Shown: positions 16,571-22,304 of the stretch, one piece after another | How positions within the stretch are numbered: the stretch's first letter is position 1 | How the letters are laid out: every line of letters starts with the position of its first letter | Assembly (NCBI GenBank): GCA_011364905.1 | Contig: RDNZ01000031.1 | Coordinates: 1-22,304 of the forward strand | DNA: 22,304 bases | Direction: 5' to 3' | From: Candidatus Thorarchaeota archaeon | GTDB lineage: Archaea; Asgardarchaeota; Thorarchaeia; Thorarchaeales; Thorarchaeaceae | Translations under genes and position numbers: made by a program | Notes under the pieces: model-generated | Database searches by the model: none | Told to the model about the DNA's origin: nothing | What the model saw: only the letters and a program-made list of their open reading frames with translations

Positions 16571-18049
16571 CTATCCTTCATCTTCACGAATTGAGTCGAG
16601 CATCCCCTGAAAAGCACGGGCAAGCTCGCCAATCTCATCATCTTTTGCGGTATAAGTCGTGTCCACTTGAAGGTCTCCAGTATCAAGAGGTTTGTCTAGA
16701 ATCCTTGCTGCAGCATTTCTTTCTGCCAGGTCAATGAGATACTGTAATGGCCTAGTAATAGTATTCGAAATGGCAACAGCCGCTATGCCCGCTATCAAAA
16801 TGCCTCCGACTGTAACTAGGATAATATAGGTCGCAGCTTGAGTATTCTGGTTGGCGATACGAGCCTGAAGCAGTGGAATACTTTCTAGCACTTCGTTTAG
16901 CGGGACTGATATCACACAGATGTAATCACCCTTGCCTACTTGTGTGAATACTAGAATATGTTCAGTTCCTCCTCGAGTATATCTGAGGGTTCCTGAGGTT
17001 CCAACGGCTACACTAGTGATTTGGTTGATATTGGCATCTGTCAATGCTGAAGTGAAGTCCGGATTGACCTCCACATTACGAAGATCCGGTAGACCACCAA
17101 TGTAATCCTCATCACTAACCTCCGGATGCGCTACTACACCTCCAGCCGAATCGACTAGAAATGCATACCCGCTCTCCAGAATCTTGACATTGATTACTTT
17201 CTCCCTGATGTCTTCTATGGTGATGTCTCCGGAGATGACGGCAAATGGAATACTGTTTCTATATACCACTCTCCCGATTGAGATTAGAAGCACATTATCG
17301 AATTCATCATAGTATGGTTCAACAAACACCACGTCGCCATTTCCCGCCCAGATTGTCTGATACCAATCTTCTCCTCTTGGGTCATAGGGATTTGCCAATC
17401 TTGCTGGATCAGTAAGCTCTCCAAGAATACTACCTGGATAGTTTATGAATAGTCCATCATCAGCAAAAGCGATGTAGAGCCATCTGAACGCCAACTGATT
17501 GTGTATCGCTTTGAAGATGTAGTCCATATTGGATACCCGTCCAAGTTTGTCGGCATTCGCAGGAATGTCCGCATAGCTTGAATTGTAGTTGACGGAAGTT
17601 GTCCCTGCAACATACCAGCTGCTATAGTCCCATGACACATTCAGGCCATAATTGGGATCATAGTGATTATCGCTTGGCGCAGGAGAAACGCTGTCGTCTT
17701 CGAACAAAAGGTCATAGTATACTTCTCGATAGGCGTATGTTGAGCCGGCATCAAATAAAGCCTCGAGTTCTTCTGCTGCAGCCGCAATCATTCCTTCTGC
17801 ACTGGCCAACTTTTGGTTAATCACTAGAGCGGTCTTTTGAGCGGTTTCATTCATATTCGTTTGAATTTGATTCTCCAGAGCCTGTGAACTCTGGTCTCTT
17901 GTTGAGTTACCTATTAGATTCACAAAAGTCAGTGAAACCAGACCGGTTGCAGTTAATGATACAAGTGAGATTACTAAGAAAGTAAGAATCACATTTGTTC
18001 GGAATTTCCCCTTCTTCTTGGTTTGGGTTGTTGACTGTACCATTCTCAT
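16571..18049 (-). CDS. Membrane receptor-like protein TM-dCache_1-TM-HAMP with no output domain
   Basis: TM1 VILTFLVISLVSLTATGLVSL; dCache motifs YDPRGEDWY, EPYYD, ISGDITI, GYAFLVDSAGGVVAHP; TM2 YIILVTVGGILIAGIAAVAI; HAMP ITRPLQYL...DEIGELARAFQGML then stop. GGAGGTG SD at 18052-18058 (ATG 18049 or 18043). Confidence 0.88.
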   Translation of the reverse strand: MRMVQSTTQTKKKGKFRTNVILTFLVISLVSLTATGLVSLTFVNLIGNSTRDQSSQALENQIQTNMNETAQKTALVINQKLASAEGMIAAAAEELEALFDAGSTYAYREVYYDLLFEDDSVSPAPSDNHYDPNYGLNVSWDYSSWYVAGTTSVNYNSSYADIPANADKLGRVSNMDYIFKAIHNQLAFRWLYIAFADDGLFINYPGSILGELTDPARLANPYDPRGEDWYQTIWAGNGDVVFVEPYYDEFDNVLLISIGRVVYRNSIPFAVISGDITIEDIREKVINVKILESGYAFLVDSAGGVVAHPEVSDEDYIGGLPDLRNVEVNPDFTSALTDANINQITSVAVGTSGTLRYTRGGTEHILVFTQVGKGDYICVISVPLNEVLESIPLLQARIANQNTQAATYIILVTVGGILIAGIAAVAISNTITRPLQYLIDLAERNAAARILDKPLDTGDLQVDTTYTAKDDEIGELARAFQGMLDSIREDEG

Positions 18050-18059
18050 CGCACCTCCT

Positions 18060-20933
18060 TTAATAATCGGTAGTGGTTCCTCCAACCTCCATTTGTGCCA
18101 TTAGCACTCCGACTTTCTCAAATGCTCTCTCAATATCTAACCGAACATTTGTGCTATCAACCACAGAGATGTACTGCCCCTCCGGAATCCCTTCACATAT
18201 AGATTGCAGAAGTTCCTCTGTGGTTATTGGTTGCCCTGTGGTGCCTGATCTGATTCTTTTATCAGTGTCCGCTCTATTATTGAGTTCCTGCCCAACACCA
18301 ATGATCAGTAGATTGACATCCAAATGATGGTCTCGAATGAAGCCCTCGATTGTCAGTGGTCTCTTTCTTTTCATTCTGTCCTTTTCTGTGACAATACCCT
18401 CAAGAACATCCAAAGAGTACCTCTTTGAGCTGTTGTCTTGGCCATCAGTCAAAGCGATGACCCATCGATGCTCGCTTGATTCAATCCTCTCAAGCTCTTC
18501 AAGTGCTCGGCCAAGAGCATCATAGAATGCAGTGGCGTAGTTGGGATATTTCAGAGATTTCAATACTCTAACAATTTTATTCTCCTCATCTTCACTCTCT
18601 CCCTTGATTGTCAGCGGAAGCAATTCTCGATAGGATGAGTTGAATACTATCACTGACACTTGATCCTGCGGATTGACTTGAGAATGAAGTATCTCTAGGG
18701 CTCCTCTAACAGCCGCTCTTATCCGATTCTGAGCCTGCATACTGCCTGAATAGTCAATCACGAATGTGACACTCTTTCTGAACATGATTGAGCGCCGCAG
18801 TTTCTCAGCTTTTCGTCTGACTTCATGACTTGGCTCGTTACGCTGGTCAAGAACATCTGCCAGCCGCTGCAACGCATAAACAACCAGCCAGAGCTCATCA
18901 GTGTCTTGACCGAGTCCGATTGCTTCGTTATATGCCCCTTCTGCCTTCTTCCATTTTCCTTGAACCTGATTCAACTCACCTTCATGAAATTGGATATAGG
19001 CAAGGCTTCTGATATAGTCAATCGATTTTGCTATCTCTTTTGCCTCATTGAATCTGGATTGAGCTTGACTGTAACGTCCATCATGCATCAGTACAAGTCC
19101 CATCGCGTCGAAACGTTTTGCTAGACCATACTGATTCTTTAATGTCCGGTCGATGGCTTCAGCATCTTCTAGGAGCTTCATTGCCTTATCGGCGTGTCCA
19201 CGATCCATCTCAACAAGTGCCATGTTATGATAGAGAGAAGCTATTCTTTGCATTGCGTCTCTCTCATCTGCACCCTCTTCCTTAGTTCTCTGTAGAATTC
19301 TCTGTGCGATGGCCATGGATTGTGAATAGTAATCCATTGCATTTCCTGTATCGCCTCTTTGCCTGAACACATTTCCAATGTTGAGGAGCATTGTCTGCTC
19401 TCCAACATCGATTTGAAGTCGTCTACTTATTTCAAGCAAATTCTGGTAGTTTGCCAACGCCCGATTAAGGTCGCCGCGAATGAATGCCTGGTTGCCAAAT
19501 CGCGCTGCTTCTTGAAAACTAAGAAGCGCATCAACCGTGGTACCCACTTCTTCATACATCGCCCCTGCTGCTGTGATTCCTCTCGTGAAGTCTTGACGCG
19601 CCATTTTATTGACAAGACGAGTCATCTCAGTGATTGGCTCAATCACCGCATTGGCTCTTCTATAGGAAGCAGCGGCTACAACTCCTGCGACCATCGCAAG
19701 AACAGCTCCTAAAGCAATAGTTAGAATTAACGTCTGTGCACCCACAAGATGAAGCATATTGCTTGCTGGAGCAATCACATCCGAGTCGGGAACAACAATG
19801 GCTAGTATATACTCCGTATTCGTGATATTGGCAAAGGCCATATGCCATGTTTGTCCATTCTTTTGGAATTCCAGCTGACCTGCTTCATAGACCAGAACGT
19901 TGGAGTTGAGTTGATTATCGAACTCGATAGCCTCAGGACTTGTTGTGCTCCCGAATTCCAAAGTTTCAATGGGGAGGGGATCATCAAAAACACCAAGATC
20001 TGGGTGTGCAACTACGACACCGTTTCTATCAAGTAGATATGAATATCCGTTGTCCAGTACGTCGAGGTTCAACACTTTTTGGTTGATTGTTGCCATAGTC
20101 ACATCTGCAGACACAACGCCAATCAGTGTTCCATCGTCGAATCTGACTGGTCTTCCCATGGAGATGACTAGACCCACTGATGGATCAACATATGGCTCCG
20201 TGAAAACAACGCTGTTATCACTGGGATCTTGTGCTACCACATTTGTGTACCAGTCTTCTGCATTAGGGTCATAATCTTGCGCAGGTGGGACTGGATTTCC
20301 ATCTTCATCCTGCTGGAAATAGATGAGGTTGTCAAATGGATAGTTTCTGAAGAGATGTTGGTCGGATATGTTAAGGTCGAATCCCATGTATAGCCATCTG
20401 TAATCCTCATTCATTTGATGCAGAGACCTGAAGATGTTGACCATGTTGGATGAAACGTCCAGAGCATATTGTGTTCCAGGTGAGAGATCATGCGGGTCGT
20501 TATTGTTCCATGCAAAACGCGGCATGTAATAACAATCAGTTTGAAACGTGATATTATTTGAAAAATAGGCCTCGACAATACTAGGGTCTGTTTCAAAGGT
20601 GAGATCCCCCCAGTTGGGCTCTTCTAGGGGGTCCCAATAATAGCTGTACTGCGCCGTCGCATTTATCCGTTCATTGAACAAGTCTTCGCAGTAAGCCTCC
20701 ATCATATAGACGCCATCTACGTAGTTCTGCCATCTCTCTTCAATGAATAGACTTGTGTCATTAGCAAGTCTCATGAGATTAGCTAATTCTTCTGTCTTCA
20801 GCTCCCCTGCAGCATCGGATGCGTTTGCATTTGACAGGTCGTTTATTGCGAGTATCGATAATGTCGAAATGACCAAAATCGGGATTAGTGCAACGGTGAC
20901 GAATGTGATTACTATTCTTTTTGAAATCCTCAT
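18060..20933 (-). CDS. Membrane receptor TM-dCache_1-TM-HAMP-TPR-VWA
   Basis: TM1 IVITFVTVALIPILVISTLSIL; YDPNAEDWY, TEPYVD, VVSADVT, GYSYLLDRNGVVVAHP; TM2; HAMP VIEPITEMTRLVNKMARQDFT...EEVGTTVDAL; about 5-6 TPRs; VWA with DYSGS, ATAFYDAL and LTDG (complete MIDAS). Confidence 0.9.
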   Translation of the reverse strand: MRISKRIVITFVTVALIPILVISTLSILAINDLSNANASDAAGELKTEELANLMRLANDTSLFIEERWQNYVDGVYMMEAYCEDLFNERINATAQYSYYWDPLEEPNWGDLTFETDPSIVEAYFSNNITFQTDCYYMPRFAWNNNDPHDLSPGTQYALDVSSNMVNIFRSLHQMNEDYRWLYMGFDLNISDQHLFRNYPFDNLIYFQQDEDGNPVPPAQDYDPNAEDWYTNVVAQDPSDNSVVFTEPYVDPSVGLVISMGRPVRFDDGTLIGVVSADVTMATINQKVLNLDVLDNGYSYLLDRNGVVVAHPDLGVFDDPLPIETLEFGSTTSPEAIEFDNQLNSNVLVYEAGQLEFQKNGQTWHMAFANITNTEYILAIVVPDSDVIAPASNMLHLVGAQTLILTIALGAVLAMVAGVVAAASYRRANAVIEPITEMTRLVNKMARQDFTRGITAAGAMYEEVGTTVDALLSFQEAARFGNQAFIRGDLNRALANYQNLLEISRRLQIDVGEQTMLLNIGNVFRQRGDTGNAMDYYSQSMAIAQRILQRTKEEGADERDAMQRIASLYHNMALVEMDRGHADKAMKLLEDAEAIDRTLKNQYGLAKRFDAMGLVLMHDGRYSQAQSRFNEAKEIAKSIDYIRSLAYIQFHEGELNQVQGKWKKAEGAYNEAIGLGQDTDELWLVVYALQRLADVLDQRNEPSHEVRRKAEKLRRSIMFRKSVTFVIDYSGSMQAQNRIRAAVRGALEILHSQVNPQDQVSVIVFNSSYRELLPLTIKGESEDEENKIVRVLKSLKYPNYATAFYDALGRALEELERIESSEHRWVIALTDGQDNSSKRYSLDVLEGIVTEKDRMKRKRPLTIEGFIRDHHLDVNLLIIGVGQELNNRADTDKRIRSGTTGQPITTEELLQSICEGIPEGQYISVVDSTNVRLDIERAFEKVGVLMAQMEVGGTTTDY

Positions 20934-20973
20934 CTATTTTCCACCACTTCCATGAAAATAATCATAATCAATG

Positions 20974-22304
20974 CTAGCTGCTCCAGTTTGCTAACTCCTC
21001 CAACAATTTCCTTTGGAAATCATCGATATCCTGTTTCTCTTCCAGGATAAACTCATCTCCTGAGAGTGATCCCTCTACAGATCCTTCACCAAGAAGAATA
21101 ATTAGTGTCCGCCGCAAGATTCGACGATCCACACCAGTTTCTTGTTCAAGTTGCCGAACATCTAATGAATTCGTACCACGCAGTAGGTTACGAAGAGTTT
21201 CAGGTACCTTCTGAATGCTTTTTCTCGAGGGTGCAGGTATCTTCTTTTTCTTTGTCGATTCTGTTCGTACGAACATGTTTCCATCAATATGTCCCTCTAT
21301 CACATCACTTTGAATCATCGCTTGAAGACTACGCCGCAAGTTGTATGCCGCCGGTCTAGGCAGAGTCCGTCGCAGAATTCGGTCGAGGTCTTTGAGCTTG
21401 ATTCTGTTATGTTTCGATGTTATTGAATCAATGCTCTCTTGGATGTACTCCTCGATCACGTATTCTTCAATCATCTCCAGTTGAGCTCCACATGATGGAC
21501 AAGTAGAAGCTTCTGGTGATGTCGGAGCCCCGCAGTTTCCGCATTTGATTGCTCTTCTGTAAAGAACTGTCTTCGTTGAACTGATCTGTTGGAGAATTAC
21601 TTTGTCAGTCCTTGTGACCTTTCCAGACTCCTGCACTTCCCAAAAGCTGAGTTTTCGATCTTTTGTGCTCAATACAAGAAATGCGACATCCGATATGTCA
21701 TCTGGAACTCCCGTAGCCATGGCTCTTGGTGTATCTCCTATATCTAGTCTATCAACCTCATTTCCGTCAAGGTCCCAGATTCGAAGAGTTGACGTCTGAT
21801 CCCCAGTTATGAATAAAGTCCGGCTTTCAAATGAGAGTACGGCAAAAACTGTAAGATGCGACCCCAACTGCAATTCTTTGAGCTGGTATCCAGCTGCCGT
21901 TAGAACAATCACCAGCCCAGTTTTGTCAGCAACTACAATCTCCAGTTCTGAGTCTTTTGTTATATCCTCTAACCAAACATCTGCAATTGGATTTCGCATC
22001 GTCCTCGTAAAGATTGCATCTGTATCATCATTGTAAAGGATCAATCGGTTGTTTTGTAGCCCTACTGCAACCTCAGCTGCATCATCTCCATCTATATCTC
22101 GCGCATCACATGCCACTACATTGCTCTCCAATCTGATATTCCAGACTGGGGTCCCACGATGATCGACTACCAATACCTTCTTCCCGACGCCCCCTACAAG
22201 GGCATCTTTTCCCTCACCTTCTACATCAGCAACAGCAATACATCGGACTTTGCTGCTCCACTTTCGGGAATCCCTCAACATTCCCTTTGCATCAAAAACC
22301 CTCA
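20974..22304 (-). CDS. Partial (5' end beyond window): FG-GAP-like beta-propeller + Zn ribbon + two PCI-like winged helices
   Basis: Frame stays open to the window edge (..RVFDAKGMLRD); blades ADVEGEGKDALVGG, RDIDGDDAAEVAVG, EDITKDSELEIVVA, TGDQTSTLRIWD, STKDRKLSFWE; CGNC-x10-CPSC; two wH-like segments ending VIEGHIDGNMF and SVEGSLSGDEF. Confidence 0.75.
   Translation of the reverse strand, partial: RVFDAKGMLRDSRKWSSKVRCIAVADVEGEGKDALVGGVGKKVLVVDHRGTPVWNIRLESNVVACDARDIDGDDAAEVAVGLQNNRLILYNDDTDAIFTRTMRNPIADVWLEDITKDSELEIVVADKTGLVIVLTAAGYQLKELQLGSHLTVFAVLSFESRTLFITGDQTSTLRIWDLDGNEVDRLDIGDTPRAMATGVPDDISDVAFLVLSTKDRKLSFWEVQESGKVTRTDKVILQQISSTKTVLYRRAIKCGNCGAPTSPEASTCPSCGAQLEMIEEYVIEEYIQESIDSITSKHNRIKLKDLDRILRRTLPRPAAYNLRRSLQAMIQSDVIEGHIDGNMFVRTESTKKKKIPAPSRKSIQKVPETLRNLLRGTNSLDVRQLEQETGVDRRILRRTLIILLGEGSVEGSLSGDEFILEEKQDIDDFQRKLLEELANWSS

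Noticed and set aside
16571-20933. Methyl-accepting chemotaxis proteins or sensor histidine kinases
   Set aside because: No MCP signalling hairpin, H-box or HATPase motifs after either HAMP
195-22036. Many 60-120 aa ORFs overlapping or antisense to the called genes (e.g. 4214-4558, 7134-7484, 10013-10336, 19359-19712)
   Set aside because: Shadow ORFs of well-supported genes with no recognisable motifs
1-22304. CRISPR arrays, tRNA/rRNA genes, IS elements, integrases
   Set aside because: No regularly spaced repeats, cloverleaf-like sequences, terminal inverted repeats or transposase motifs seen by eye; intergenic gaps are all under about 250 nt

Overview
Gene-dense window of about 22 CDSs. 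No rRNA, tRNA, CRISPR array or transposase was recognised. TATA-like boxes, GGTGA/GGAGGTG Shine-Dalgarno motifs, a duplicated Lrp/AsnC regulator and an Archaeoglobus-type IscS suggest an archaeon; the propeller/PCI-like/TPR/VWA content suggests Asgard (Thorarchaeota-like). This taxonomy is inference. Left part (1-9.5 kb): mostly housekeeping genes (LLM oxidoreductase, MscS, AlkA-type glycosylase, adenosine deaminase family, Cys/Met PLP lyase, Trx-fold protein, two HTH regulators, PD-(D/E)xK protein, GNAT). Middle: a minus-strand tusA-dsrE-iscS-iscU cluster. Its IscS has Asp in place of the PLP-binding Lys, and its IscU is fused to a degenerate thioredoxin-reductase NADPH domain. A Zn-ADH and an M24 peptidase follow on the plus strand. 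Right end (14.7-22.3 kb): the best candidate for an undescribed system, a tight minus-strand cluster of four genes. They encode (i) a 5'-truncated FG-GAP-like beta-propeller/Zn-ribbon/tandem winged-helix protein, (ii) a TM-dCache-TM-HAMP-TPR-VWA(MIDAS) receptor with no kinase, MCP or cyclase output, (iii) a paralogous TM-dCache-TM-HAMP receptor with no output domain, and (iv) a bacterial-type arginine decarboxylase. Both Cache domains carry an alpha2delta-like insertion and an Arg-to-Glu swap at the carboxylate-binding position. All family assignments come from motif recognition, not database searches.
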